Positions 1-10,772 of a stretch of DNA of 64,000 nt are shown piece by piece (the stretch's first letter is position 1; the number at the start of each line of letters is the position of its first letter). Made by a program: the position numbers and the translations under genes. This DNA comes from a virus. Taxonomy: Duplodnaviria > Caudoviricetes. Under the pieces are notes generated by a model. It saw nothing but the letters and a program-made list of their open reading frames with translations. It did no database searches and was not told the DNA's origin. The DNA lies in the IMG/VR virus record IMGVR_UViG_3300000439_000015, positions 21,208 through 85,207 of that record; one strand, written 5' to 3'.

Positions 1-3000
1 CGGCGTGTTGGTTTTGGAAGCCGTCGAGGGTGTAGATGTTGGGGACAACAACTGGCTCACCAGCAAAGTGGTTGTATTGAAACTTCTGACCAGCGGCAAG
101 GGCAATCGAAATAGGTGAAATGGTATTGCCCGTGGCAGCGCCTGACAAGAAGTTGTAGGTGCCGTTGAACACCACGGTTTCCTGCGTGTCGCCTTCGCCC
201 ACGACCATAACGCCCCATACCTGTGGAGTGAAAAGATACGAGGCGGAAGAAGCACTAACACTGATGGGGTTGGACAGATAGATGTTTCCGCTGTCAATGT
301 AGGTGACGACGGTGCCCGTAGGAATGCCGTTACCTCGAACCGTCCAGCCCACCGAGATGTTGGGACTAGCAATAGTTGGCAGGGTCATGTAGTAGTTGCC
401 TGCAACGGTGGTCACACCCGTGATGGTTGTGCCAGTGGTTGGTGAAATGCCTTGCGAAGCGATGTTGCCGTACTGGTCGTAGTAGGTGCCGCCGATGGAG
501 ACGCTTGTACTGTTGAGTGGTGAAACAACAATGTAGTTCTGGTCTGACGTGGCAGTGGCGTAGACGGTGGTGCCGAAGAGCGAGCCAATGGTGGTGGGGG
601 TAAGAACCTCTTGGTCGCCCACGGTGTCTGAACCGAAGTAGCGGTCACCTACGTCGTAAGAGCCGACAAGCGTTCCTGCGGCGTGGTTGAATGACGTGTT
701 GCCGCTCATCATCACAACGCCTGCATTCTGGATTCCCGATGCGTCAAGGGCAGGTGAAGTGTAGGCAGAGTAGATGGTTGCCGTGTTCTCCAGTGGCAAG
801 ATGGCGGTCTGGCTGTCGCCATTTGGATACGTCGTAAAGGCGCTCGTCAAGAAGTTTTCACCGTCCACTGCCCACACGATTGCGGAGTTGGAGTATGCGT
901 CCACTTCCAATACGGCAAGTCGGCTTTGGTAGAAAACGTAGTTTGGCGTGTACGTCGTGAACGTGGTGTTTGTTGAGCCAACCGTAAGCATGAACGGATT
1001 GCTTTGGTTGTCCACCAAGTACACGGTGTAGGTAGAGCCGTTCAGCACAATCGCTGAGACGAAACAGATGTTGTAGGCGAACTGGGTGGCTGACGTTGAT
1101 GCAGGAGAGAAAATAACGTTCTGAGGTGAAATGACAACCGCATCTCCGATGTGGATGTACGGCGTGGCGGAAGGCGATACGCCAGTAATGCCGTTGTAGT
1201 TGCCGTTGGCGTATCCCGTCCATGAGTACGAAGGTGAAGCCTCTAGGTTCGCAACCGTGTCAAGGTAGAGCGTATAGGTGGTTCCACCAACCTGACCTGC
1301 CGATACGTTTGTCACGCCAGACTGCAACACGCCAGCGACCAGCAGTGCGTTGCTTTGCGTGCCGCCGATTGGGTACATTCCTGAGAATCCCGTGAACGGC
1401 GTTCCACCAGTGACAGAGCCTGGGTTGACCCATTCGCAGAGGGTGGCGTTGTAGTAGTTGAAATCAATGGTGTCTTGGAGAACCGTGGCGATGGCAGGAT
1501 TGGAAACCGTGACCTGCGTGGCGCTGTCCACTGAAATAATGACGGTGCCGCTTGGGAAGCCCGTGTACGAAACCGTTTGCCCGACAAGAAGGCCATTCGT
1601 GCCGTTCAACCCAGCCGCCGTGTTTGCGGTGCTGGAAATGTTGAGGATGGTAGACGTTCCGTAGGCCACGTCGCCCAAGTACGCCGTCACCTGTGCGGTC
1701 TGGTTGATGTTGTAGATGAACGGGCCGCTTATGCCCTTAGCGCTGGCAAGGGCGTTGTAGTTGCTGGAGTAGGGAACGATGTCGCCCGAAACGTACTGCC
1801 CAGACGAAAGACCCGTGATGTCTGATACCTGCAATGGTGCTGAAAAGACCATTTGCGTGGGGCTTACAATGGTGGGGCCAACCAAGTTTGTCGTTGTGTG
1901 AAGCGTCGTGTACGGAACGGTAATCGTTTCACCACCAAACGTTGCCGTTGGGTTTGCGCTGAGGACTACCGTCGAGGCCGTAGTATTCACTGAAGAGATT
2001 GTTGTATTCGCAGGTATGTTCGCCCCTGAGATGCTCATGCCAGCAAACAAAGAACTGATGTTGGTGACGCTCGTCAGGGTCGCAGATGCGGTTGAAGTTG
2101 CGCTTGCGGTAAACGTAGTGCCAGCAGGTGTAATGACATCAACCGAGTAGGCAGGCGTGTAGTCGTATGCGTGCCCACGGGGGCCGTAGAGTAGCCAGTT
2201 GGTTGGTGAAGTCGGGAACGTGCCACTTTGGTCGGTAACCGTTATTGAAGTCCCAGAACCAGTGTATGTACCTTGGAACACCACGGACTGGGTGACGTTG
2301 GCGTAGACGCCCACGCCTTCGACGGTGGTTGAGGCGTTTGGTGAATGGCTCGCCACAGACAGTGCGTTGGCGACAGGATTCGACTTGATGCTCGTTGGGG
2401 TGACGGGCATAATCAAGAACTGCCCGTGGTTTGGATTGTTGTACCCGTCAATGCTCAGGTAGGGGGCAGTGAAAAACGTTTCGTCAAACTTGTTGCCGCT
2501 GTCTGTGTTGAGGCGTGTGACAGTTGAATCAATGGTCGCCCCAAAGATGCCCGTATTGGATTGTGGGACGGCGTAGGAGACGGTGTAGGTGTCTCGCTGA
2601 GTGGTGTTAGCAGAAGCGGCGTTAGAGAGGCTCACGAAGCCATTGCTGACGTTGAACTGGATGCCGCTGGAGTTGCTTGAACCGCCGTTGATGTCATTGC
2701 TCAGGTAGATGTTTCCACCACTGATGTTGATAATGGTTGCCACATTGGTTGTGGCGGTGGTTGATGCGCTGACAATCATGCCGAGCATAAAACCCGTGAT
2801 TTGCGAAATCAAGTTGGTGGTGAAATAGTACGACGTTCCGCTTACCGTGTACGGGGCGCTGACCGTAAACGTCTGTGCGGCAAAGAGAGCGGTGGTGAAG
2901 GTTCCCGTGAACGCCGAACTTGGTTGGTGCGACAGAGTGATGTACTTGTTCACGGTGTCAATGTTTGTAATGACCGTGCTTGCTGGGATGCCCGTTCCGC

Positions 3001-6000
3001 TTACGACCTGACCGACGCATAGGTTCTGCAACGTCGTTGAGGTGAAACCACTGCCTGTCACAACGTTCGATACGCTCAAGGTGTATGCCGTCGCACCAAT
3101 GCTGGCGGTGACCGTAACTGGCTTGCCACTGACGAACTCGTCCTGCAAGAAGGTTTGTGAAATAGTGGTGCCAGCAGGAAGGTTGTTGCCCTGAATCGCC
3201 ATGCCCGAAAGGAAACTTCCGTCGGCTTGGTTGGTGGTGTAATACGAGTTGGAGCCGTTTGTCAAAAACCCGTTAGTGGTATACGAGGACTGGTAGCCGC
3301 CCGTCTGCGAGAAGTTGTACTGAGCCGAGGTGATTGACAAAGGCGTGATTGCCGTGCCTGCGGCAGTTGTCGTGCTGCTGATGGTGATGGTGCCAGAGCC
3401 AACCGATGAAACCGTGGTTCCAAATGGGATGCCAGCACCCAACACAGACATCCCTGCGTACACGCCAGCGGTGCTTGACAGTGAAATCGTGGTGGCACCC
3501 GACGACCATGTAGCGTTTGGTGCGGTACCGACGTTGTAGCCAAGAGCGTTGCCGACTGCGTACAGTTCGTCAATGTTGAAACTTGCTGAACCCGTGATAC
3601 TTGTGCCGTAAGTCTGGTAGCCACCAGAGGCAAGGCTGTTACCCGTGGTGATTGTGGAGCCAGAAACGCTATAGACCGTTGTGTTGCCCAGAAGCGTTGC
3701 ACCGTTGTACACGAGGATGCTGTCACCAGCGCCCAGCGGTGGCGTGGCGACGACGTTGTTTAGCGTATTGGAATAGATAGTTCCCGTGAAGGTGTTGGCG
3801 ACAACTGCCGAAGTTGTGCTCCATGAAACTGTATTGGCGGTTGCGGAAAGGAGCATCTCCACGGGGCCAGCACCGAGTTGTGTACTGCTGGCAAAAGTCG
3901 TCCCTGCTGGCAAATAAGTGCTGGAAACACTTGACCCACCTGTCAAGATGTTGTCCTGCGTCGTACCTGCCTTGGTTACAAAAACTGCTTCACCAGTTGT
4001 GCCCGTAAACGTGTTGGTTGAAACGCCTGAAACGCCTGAGGCAACGGTAGTAACCGTCCCAGGCCCAAGCGTCACCCCGTTACCAGAAACGGTTGTAACG
4101 GTTCGACCAAGTGGGATGGCTGTGCCCCCATTGAATGGCGCACCCACGCCAAACAAAGTGCTGATGTTGTACGCCGTGGCACCAACGGTAAAGGTGCCGC
4201 TGGTAGTGACAGTGTACGCCGTGGTTCCAATGTTGACAGAGGTGATTGTGGGCGTGACGTTTGTGCCTGCGGTGGCTGCAACGTTGGAGTTGAACACGAA
4301 CGAGAAGGTTGAGGTGAAAGTTGTATTGGAAAAGTTGTTTGACGGGGCGGCGTTCAGTGCAACACGTTGTGCGCTAGTGCCGTATCCCGTAGCGTCGTAA
4401 CCAGCGACGCTGTACGTCGTTCCCCATAGAGAGGTTGCCGTTCCGTTAGCCGTAGGGGTCTTACTGAAAGTGACTGTTCCCGTGCCGATTGAAACGATTG
4501 TGGTTCCGTTGGGGATGCCTGTTCCGAAAACGGTGGCTCCAACCTGATAGGTGGCGGTGCTGGCAACCGTGGCGGTGACCGATGCCGTTGTCCAAGTACC
4601 AGTGGAGTATTCACCTACACCATTGGCGTAGATGTGCGCCCAGCCCGTGGGTGTGGGGCTGAGGTACGGAAGCGATGCTGCGTTGCCCGAAAGGAATGAA
4701 GAGGAAATAACCATTTTTTGATTGGCAGCAACCGTGTATGTAGCCGAGTTGGTGAAACTAGCGCCCGACAGAAGAGTGCCGGAAGTTTGATTGACGTACA
4801 CCGCCGTTCCCACGGTGGCGGAAGTGACCAGTGCGCCCGAAAAACTAGCCGTTGAGTTGTCAACGGCTTGGTTTAGACCAACAGTCGTGTTTGTAGTAGC
4901 GATGTAACTGCCACCGCCAAGGGTCGCTGTGTATGAAACGGAATCCGGTTGAGACGATGAGCCTGCGGCTGCATTCGACATGGTGATGGTGCCCGACGTG
5001 GAGTTGACGGCTGTGACGTATGTCGTCGCTGGGATGTTCGTGGAAGTCGTGCTGTCGGTGACGACCATTCCCACTTGGATGCCCCGTGTTGCTGAAACTC
5101 CCTGAATGGTGGTGCTGGCATTTGTTACCACGCCAGAGAAGCCTGCGTTGGGCAACTGCATGACGAAAGTCGAGGGGTTGAGCGTCAGGTTCGTGGTGTT
5201 CCCTGAGCCTGCGATAACGGTCTGGCGCTGAGTGTTCGTGTTGAGGTCGGTGACAATCCAACCATTGGAAATCGAGATAATCTTCCCTGCATTCCACCCC
5301 ATTGAGGCAGGCGTAAGCGTGGTCTGCGGCTTGGTCGCAATGGTGACGGTCTGGCCTACTGCGAAGTAAGCGGTGCTTGACACGTTGATGGCGGTGCTGA
5401 AATAACCAATCGAAATCGAGAGAACCGTGGGCGGCGTGGCGGCTGCGTAGTTTGCCACCGTAGCGTCAGGCAAGATGCTGGTCAGATTGGAAAGCGCCTG
5501 CGCATCACCACTTGTGGCGACGTACCAAGGCGAGGCCGAGCCGTTGCCGACTGCGTAGGGGGTTGGCGCTTGACCGAGGACGTAGGCCGTGCTCTGGGCT
5601 GCTGAAAGGAACTGCCCCATGTACTTGTTCGCTGGCGGCTTGTAGAACTGCACGTTGGGCGACATCACCGTCGAGATGTTCTGGTACCCCTGAGGAAGCA
5701 TCAGCGACGACGTTGGGTAGTCCACGGGGTCTACAGACTGCTTGTACGGGACATTTGGAATCACGCCTGTTGCAGTGAAATCTAACCACTCGCTGTAGTA
5801 AGCGTCAGTCGAGGTGGCGTTTGGCGAGTAGGGGGTCTGCCCCTGTTGCAAGCCTTCCAAGATGGCAACGATTTGACCAGCACGGAATCGAGTGATGTCG
5901 TTGACGTAGAGGAAGAAGTCGCCACCCGTCTGGGCAAACGCCTGTGTTACCGTACCCGTTGCTGAAACGGTGCCAGCCGAGGCCGTGCTCGCCACCGTGA

Positions 6001-6445
6001 ATGACGTAGATGAAGCAGCCGTAATCAGGGCTTTGGTGATGTTATACGCCGTTGCGGTGCTCGTCATGGAGACGGAGATGTACGCACTCGTGTTGGGGAT
6101 TGCGCCCGATGCTGATTGCGTGTACGAGTATGTGGCGGCGGTTCCCGAAGCCGTCACGCCTGTCACCGAGTAGGTGACTGCCGTACCATCGTTGGGGTTG
6201 AAGGTGTTGGCGGCATTGGCGCTGCGTGTGCCGACATTTGGCTGTTGGAGCGTTGTACTGGTGGTGAAAAACTGGTACAGGTCTTGCGCTTGACCGTAGT
6301 AAGTGTTGCCCGAAAGGTCGGGAATCGTGGCTACTGAAAAGTGCGTTACGTCGTCTACGGCATCGGCGTGGTCTGATGAGTTGACGACTGTCCAGTTACC
6401 CTGCGAAGCAACCGTAGATTTAGGGCGTAACGTAAGGACTTTCAT
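1..6445 (-). CDS. Giant Thr/Ser/Gly/Val-rich tail (distal/adhesin-like) protein, >2148 aa, 3'-truncated by window edge
   Basis: ATG at 6445 (MKVLTLRPKSTVASQGNW...) just after the tape measure stop. The same frame reads as sensible protein at 6445, ~3000 and position 2, and no stop-terminated ORF in this frame appears in the track. Many repeats of a G(M/Q)xVxGxxIPxxTx(V/I) module. Confidence 0.8.
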   Translation of the reverse strand, partial: MKVLTLRPKSTVASQGNWTVVNSSDHADAVDDVTHFSVATIPDLSGNTYYGQAQDLYQFFTTSTTLQQPNVGTRSANAANTFNPNDGTAVTYSVTGVTASGTAATYSYTQSASGAIPNTSAYISVSMTSTATAYNITKALITAASSTSFTVASTASAGTVSATGTVTQAFAQTGGDFFLYVNDITRFRAGQIVAILEGLQQGQTPYSPNATSTDAYYSEWLDFTATGVIPNVPYKQSVDPVDYPTSSLMLPQGYQNISTVMSPNVQFYKPPANKYMGQFLSAAQSTAYVLGQAPTPYAVGNGSASPWYVATSGDAQALSNLTSILPDATVANYAAATPPTVLSISIGYFSTAINVSSTAYFAVGQTVTIATKPQTTLTPASMGWNAGKIISISNGWIVTDLNTNTQRQTVIAGSGNTTNLTLNPSTFVMQLPNAGFSGVVTNASTTIQGVSATRGIQVGMVVTDSTTSTNIPATTYVTAVNSTSGTITMSNAAAGSSSQPDSVSYTATLGGGSYIATTNTTVGLNQAVDNSTASFSGALVTSATVGTAVYVNQTSGTLLSGASFTNSATYTVAANQKMVISSSFLSGNAASLPYLSPTPTGWAHIYANGVGEYSTGTWTTASVTATVASTATYQVGATVFGTGIPNGTTIVSIGTGTVTFSKTPTANGTATSLWGTTYSVAGYDATGYGTSAQRVALNAAPSNNFSNTTFTSTFSFVFNSNVAATAGTNVTPTITSVNIGTTAYTVTTSGTFTVGATAYNISTLFGVGAPFNGGTAIPLGRTVTTVSGNGVTLGPGTVTTVASGVSGVSTNTFTGTTGEAVFVTKAGTTQDNILTGGSSVSSTYLPAGTTFASSTQLGAGPVEMLLSATANTVSWSTTSAVVANTFTGTIYSNTLNNVVATPPLGAGDSILVYNGATLLGNTTVYSVSGSTITTGNSLASGGYQTYGTSITGSASFNIDELYAVGNALGYNVGTAPNATWSSGATTISLSSTAGVYAGMSVLGAGIPFGTTVSSVGSGTITISSTTTAAGTAITPLSITSAQYNFSQTGGYQSSYTTNGFLTNGSNSYYTTNQADGSFLSGMAIQGNNLPAGTTISQTFLQDEFVSGKPVTVTASIGATAYTLSVSNVVTGSGFTSTTLQNLCVGQVVSGTGIPASTVITNIDTVNKYITLSHQPSSAFTGTFTTALFAAQTFTVSAPYTVSGTSYYFTTNLISQITGFMLGMIVSASTTATTNVATIINISGGNIYLSNDINGGSSNSSGIQFNVSNGFVSLSNAASANTTQRDTYTVSYAVPQSNTGIFGATIDSTVTRLNTDSGNKFDETFFTAPYLSIDGYNNPNHGQFLIMPVTPTSIKSNPVANALSVASHSPNASTTVEGVGVYANVTQSVVFQGTYTGSGTSITVTDQSGTFPTSPTNWLLYGPRGHAYDYTPAYSVDVITPAGTTFTASATSTASATLTSVTNISSLFAGMSISGANIPANTTISSVNTTASTVVLSANPTATFGGETITVPYTTLHTTTNLVGPTIVSPTQMVFSAPLQVSDITGLSSGQYVSGDIVPYSSNYNALASAKGISGPFIYNINQTAQVTAYLGDVAYGTSTILNISSTANTAAGLNGTNGLLVGQTVSYTGFPSGTVIISVDSATQVTVSNPAIATVLQDTIDFNYYNATLCEWVNPGSVTGGTPFTGFSGMYPIGGTQSNALLVAGVLQSGVTNVSAGQVGGTTYTLYLDTVANLEASPSYSWTGYANGNYNGITGVSPSATPYIHIGDAVVISPQNVIFSPASTSATQFAYNICFVSAIVLNGSTYTVYLVDNQSNPFMLTVGSTNTTFTTYTPNYVFYQSRLAVLEVDAYSNSAIVWAVDGENFLTSAFTTYPNGDSQTAILPLENTATIYSAYTSPALDASGIQNAGVVMMSGNTSFNHAAGTLVGSYDVGDRYFGSDTVGDQEVLTPTTIGSLFGTTVYATATSDQNYIVVSPLNSTSVSIGGTYYDQYGNIASQGISPTTGTTITGVTTVAGNYYMTLPTIASPNISVGWTVRGNGIPTGTVVTYIDSGNIYLSNPISVSASSASYLFTPQVWGVMVVGEGDTQETVVFNGTYNFLSGAATGNTISPISIALAAGQKFQYNHFAGEPVVVPNIYTLDGFQNQHA

Positions 6446-6478
6446 GGGCTGACCCCCACTTTACTACTGTTCCAGCGT

Positions 6479-9400
6479 TTAGCGTCCTTGCGCTCGCACT
6501 GCGTATTTCAGTTGCTTGAACTGTTCGTTGACGTGATTCTTCACGTCCGACATGGATGCGCTGTCCAGTGAACCCTGTACGTTGACTTGGAAGGCCCCTT
6601 GGTGGACGTTTACGGTGGTGTGGGGCACGTTGGAACCCTTTGTACCCGTGAGTGCCTTTCCAGCCGCAGCAGAGGCGCTGAGGATGTGTACGTTCATCGC
6701 CCCAGCCGTCGTCGGGGCTGTCTTTCCACCAGATGCACTTGGGCCACCGATTGTCTTTAGGTAGCCAAACTTGGCTCCGCCACCCAAACCAAGCCACCCA
6801 AGGACGTTTCCAATCGTGGCGTTGTACGCCTTGATAATCATGTTGGCAACACGAACGAAGCCGTTGTACAAGCCGTCCCAGATGGTCTTGCCAATGCTCT
6901 CCACATAACCGAATGCGCCAGTAAGCCAACTCCACACTTTTTTACCAGCGCCCAAAATGTCGTGCCATACGCCGACTGCTGCGTTGCGAACAGCATCCCA
7001 CGCACTGACGAACCAGCCCATGACGACCTTGCCAGCGTCCATGATTCCACCCCAAGCGCCTTGAATCCAACCAAATACGGTCTTTGCTGCGTCCTCAATG
7101 CCGTGCCAAGCGTCAACGGCCCAGTGCTTGACATCCTTCCAATACTTGATGATGAGGTACACCGCAGTGCCGACAAGGGCTACTGCGCCCGTAATCAGCA
7201 AGAGTTCAGGCAAGATTGGAAGCAGGGCAGTCCACAGTGCCGCACCCATTTCCACGATGGCAGGGATGATGGTTTCGGTGATAGCCGCCCATGCACCAAG
7301 CGCCAACTCCTTCATTCCTGCAAGTGCGCTCAGGACGAACCCCTTGAACGCCCCAGCCATTTCACCAATCGCAGGGATAATCGTTTCGGTAATCATGGTG
7401 CTTGCGGCAATGGCAAACTTCTTTATGGCTCCCAAGGCGGAGAGGGCAAATGCTTTTGCCTTCCCTGCCATAAGAACAAATGCGTCACCAACCGTGGTCG
7501 CAAGGTTTCTCATCCAAGCCCCAGCGGACAAGGCAAAGTCCTTCATCCACCCCAAGGCGGTGAGAGCAAACGCCTTTGCCTGTGAAGCCATGGACGCAAG
7601 CGCCGTTCCAGCATTAGAAGCAAGGTTTTTCATCCACGACAAACCGTTGGTGATGAACGTCTTTAGGGCCTTACCCATCTTGCCAAACACGCCAACAGAG
7701 GTGCCTTCCGTGGCGGTCATTTCTGCTTCAATGGTTCCTGTGGCCCCAGTGAAATCGGTAACCATCTGTGCGCCCGTGGCATCGGCAACGGCCCCGATGG
7801 TTGCGAAGTTCCCTTCAACACTGGCAGACATTGCCGCTGCTTCACCAGAAATGGTCGTCATTGACGTACCGATTGCGGTTTCGGTTCCCGTTCCTGCGGT
7901 GACTGCATCGAGCACCTCAGAGCCAAACATCTTCTTGATGATTTTACCAGCGCCACCAAACATGTTTCCAAGGCCGTGAACGAGCGGAGCCATCGAGCCG
8001 AGTTCACCACTCAACTGCATGGCACCCATCATCATGCCGTTCCAGTCAACCTTCTTGCCGTTGAACAGGTCTGAGATTCCCTTGCCGAACTGCGACAACT
8101 GACCCATTCCACCACCGAGGGCGAACGACGTTGCGGCACCGAACGCACCAGTCGCCGCCATACCAACGCCCGATGCGAACTGGCGACCACCACCCGTGCC
8201 GCCAAGACGACCACCGAGGCGGCTGAAGAACGAGGGCTTCGAGATTCCTTCCAGTGCCTTCGCAGACTTTTCAGCGGCCTCTCGTGCTTTGGCGTTATCG
8301 TCCCCCATCCGCTTCATCATCTGGTAGGTCTTGGCGCTCCAAGCATCCTTTTCTTCCTGCGTCGTCCCCCCAGGCTTAGCACTAGCAATCATCATCGCTT
8401 GGTAGTATGGACTGTTCTTGTATGATTCAGCGCCCGTGTGGACGGTTGAACTCATGCCCGTCTTGAACATGTCGGCGGACGCTTGCAGCGCCTTGGTGTT
8501 CTCGTTCAGAGCCGAGATGTTGCCCTCTTCGTCCTCGCTGGGCAACTGCGACTGCTTCATGAACTCTTGAACGCTGAGGTTTGAGCCGAGCAGGTAGTTT
8601 TTCACCCCTCGTGCTTTCTTCAGTTCCGCTTGACGGGCCTCGTAAGCGGCATCGCTTTCACCAGCCTTCTGTCGGGCGGCGAAGTACTTACCGAACAATG
8701 GCATGGTCTGCAAGCGAGCGTTCTTGTAAACTTCTTCGGCTTCGGGGCCTTGCACGTCGAGCATGCGCTGAAGTCGAGTAGCGGAGCGTGGGTTGACCTG
8801 CTTGGTCAGAACCATCATGTTCAACTGGCGCTGGCGAATGTCTTTTTCAGCAGCAGCCATGCCCTTGCGCCAACCCATGCCCATTCCTGCAAAGGCGCTA
8901 TCACCCTCTTCACGAATACCTGAGAAGGCACCCTTGAACCCAGCCTTCATGCGGATGGTCTGGCGCAAGACGCTGCCCACCATCTTTTCAGTACCCTGCA
9001 CAAGGGCCATCATCGGGGTTTGGAACAACTTTTTCGAGAACCAAACGGCGGCAAACGCCAACATGATTCCACCAAGTACCGCAAACAACGGCTTGAACTT
9101 GGTAATGACCCTTACGAAACCATCGAAGCCGCTAACCAAGGCATTGATTGTCTTGGCTGAAATCTTCGCCAGAATGGTAACAAGTTCCGCAAAGTACGGG
9201 ATAATGGGCATGACGGCTTGGAGCATCTGAGCAAATGCCGTAACCAAAGTTGGGAGCACGGGAAGGATTGCGGTGAGAACGCCGAGAAAGGCGTTGAGCA
9301 ACTGCGTGAGTTGTCCGCTCTGCTCCAACTTCTTGAAAATCCCAGCCAGTTCATTCAGGGCAGGTAAAATGGCACCAGCGACGGCGGTACCCAACTTGAT

Positions 9401-10528
9401 GAAGAGGTTGACGAAGATGCCAATCTCCTTGCTGCTGAACACCTTTGACAAGATTTGTCCAACTGCCGAGAAGAAACCGATGATTGGCTTCAGTACCGCC
9501 AGCAATGCAGGAAGAAATCCTGAGGTGAAAATCTTTATCATCGGCATGAAACTGGTAACCAAGGCACCAAGCGCATTACCAATCGTGGACGACACCAGCG
9601 TCATGGACTGTGCGATGGCGTTGAAGAGTGGCATGGCTGCTTGGAGCGCCGCACCCAACAACTGCGCCATGTTGTCAATGACGGGCATCAGCCCTCGGCC
9701 CAGCGTTTGACCGAGGTTGTTGAAGTCGTTTTGCAAGCGTTCAACTGGTGTAATGGCGGCCTCTGCGGTGCCACCCAACTGTGAGTTGATGTCCTTGATG
9801 GTCAACTGCTGAGCGGCAAGAAGGCCGTTGCGCTTCTCCGTCAACTTGATTTGTTCCTGCATGGGCTTCGAGAGGTGGAATCCCATGCGAGACATGGAAC
9901 CCATTGCCTTGGCAGGGTCGGCAAGCACTCGTCCCAGCGCCTTGGCACCCGTGACGACGCTTCCTCGTGAACCCATCTGTGCTGAAAGGTTGGCGGCAGC
10001 AATCAATGACTGGTTTAGGTAGTCGCCGCTCTTCTTCGTTTCAGCATTCTGCGAGTTGTACAGTTTTGTCAGGTCTTGGTTTGGAATAAGAAGATTCTGG
10101 GCCTGAATGATGCTGTTCTTCGAGATACCAGTTTGGAACGACATCTTGGTCGCCTGTTGGTCGAGCAGCGCCGAGTACTGTTCACCAGCCTTGTTGATGG
10201 CTGTCTGCGTACCGAGAACGGTTGACAAGCCGCCAACGAACGACATACTTGCGGAGCCTTGGTTTTTCACCAAGACTGCCTGTTGTGCCTGCAAACTGGT
10301 CTGCTGCGAGGCGAGGTCTACACCCTTGCTAAGCAGTGCGTATGCACCACCGAAAGCAATGGCTGAGCCAACGATTCCACCAACGTTGCTAAACAAGTTG
10401 GTCATGCGACCAGCGACGTTAGAGGCGTGTGCCGATACAGCGTCTAGTGATTCTTGAAGGTTGGTGGGGTCACCAATAATCTGTACCCGAAGTTGGGCAG
10501 CAGATTCCATTCCACCTGACATAGACAT
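6479..10528 (-). CDS. Tail tape measure protein (1349 aa)
   Basis: Long Ala/Gly/Leu-rich helical protein with amphipathic Trp/Phe-periodic repeats (e.g. WHGIEDAAKTVFGWIQGAWGGI), directly downstream of the tail chaperone. Confidence 0.95.
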   Translation of the reverse strand: MSMSGGMESAAQLRVQIIGDPTNLQESLDAVSAHASNVAGRMTNLFSNVGGIVGSAIAFGGAYALLSKGVDLASQQTSLQAQQAVLVKNQGSASMSFVGGLSTVLGTQTAINKAGEQYSALLDQQATKMSFQTGISKNSIIQAQNLLIPNQDLTKLYNSQNAETKKSGDYLNQSLIAAANLSAQMGSRGSVVTGAKALGRVLADPAKAMGSMSRMGFHLSKPMQEQIKLTEKRNGLLAAQQLTIKDINSQLGGTAEAAITPVERLQNDFNNLGQTLGRGLMPVIDNMAQLLGAALQAAMPLFNAIAQSMTLVSSTIGNALGALVTSFMPMIKIFTSGFLPALLAVLKPIIGFFSAVGQILSKVFSSKEIGIFVNLFIKLGTAVAGAILPALNELAGIFKKLEQSGQLTQLLNAFLGVLTAILPVLPTLVTAFAQMLQAVMPIIPYFAELVTILAKISAKTINALVSGFDGFVRVITKFKPLFAVLGGIMLAFAAVWFSKKLFQTPMMALVQGTEKMVGSVLRQTIRMKAGFKGAFSGIREEGDSAFAGMGMGWRKGMAAAEKDIRQRQLNMMVLTKQVNPRSATRLQRMLDVQGPEAEEVYKNARLQTMPLFGKYFAARQKAGESDAAYEARQAELKKARGVKNYLLGSNLSVQEFMKQSQLPSEDEEGNISALNENTKALQASADMFKTGMSSTVHTGAESYKNSPYYQAMMIASAKPGGTTQEEKDAWSAKTYQMMKRMGDDNAKAREAAEKSAKALEGISKPSFFSRLGGRLGGTGGGRQFASGVGMAATGAFGAATSFALGGGMGQLSQFGKGISDLFNGKKVDWNGMMMGAMQLSGELGSMAPLVHGLGNMFGGAGKIIKKMFGSEVLDAVTAGTGTETAIGTSMTTISGEAAAMSASVEGNFATIGAVADATGAQMVTDFTGATGTIEAEMTATEGTSVGVFGKMGKALKTFITNGLSWMKNLASNAGTALASMASQAKAFALTALGWMKDFALSAGAWMRNLATTVGDAFVLMAGKAKAFALSALGAIKKFAIAASTMITETIIPAIGEMAGAFKGFVLSALAGMKELALGAWAAITETIIPAIVEMGAALWTALLPILPELLLITGAVALVGTAVYLIIKYWKDVKHWAVDAWHGIEDAAKTVFGWIQGAWGGIMDAGKVVMGWFVSAWDAVRNAAVGVWHDILGAGKKVWSWLTGAFGYVESIGKTIWDGLYNGFVRVANMIIKAYNATIGNVLGWLGLGGGAKFGYLKTIGGPSASGGKTAPTTAGAMNVHILSASAAAGKALTGTKGSNVPHTTVNVHQGAFQVNVQGSLDSASMSDVKNHVNEQFKQLKYAVRAQGR

Positions 10529-10553
10529 AACGGCACGCTCCTAGACCTGAAGT

Positions 10554-10772
10554 CTATTTCACCTTTGACTAATAGCCGTTTTTGGCCTTCGCCATTTCCT
10601 GCTCTTGGTCATAAGCACGAAGTTTGTAGAAGGCCAACCATTCCACCAACTCAGGGGATGAGAGCGGACGGTGTGAGGGCGAACCCTCTAAGAGTTCCTC
10701 AACCGTCCGCCCCAACGTTTCCGCTAGGACAAAGAGGAATCGTCGCTCTGGGTTGGCGAGAAGTCTTTTCCC
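10554..10772 (-). CDS. -1 frameshift extension of tail assembly chaperone (lambda gpGT-like)
   Basis: The -1 frame after the slippery site reads GKRLLANPERRFLFVLAETLGRTVEELLEGSPSHRPLSSPELVEWLAFYKLRAYDQEQEMAKAKTAISQRWK*, with its stop at 10554-10556 just before the tape measure start. Confidence 0.85.

Noticed and set aside
412-6337. Many short plus- and minus-strand ORFs in the track over 1-6445
   Set aside because: They are shadows of the single long minus-strand frame. Their translations are low-complexity antisense or off-frame products without RBS.
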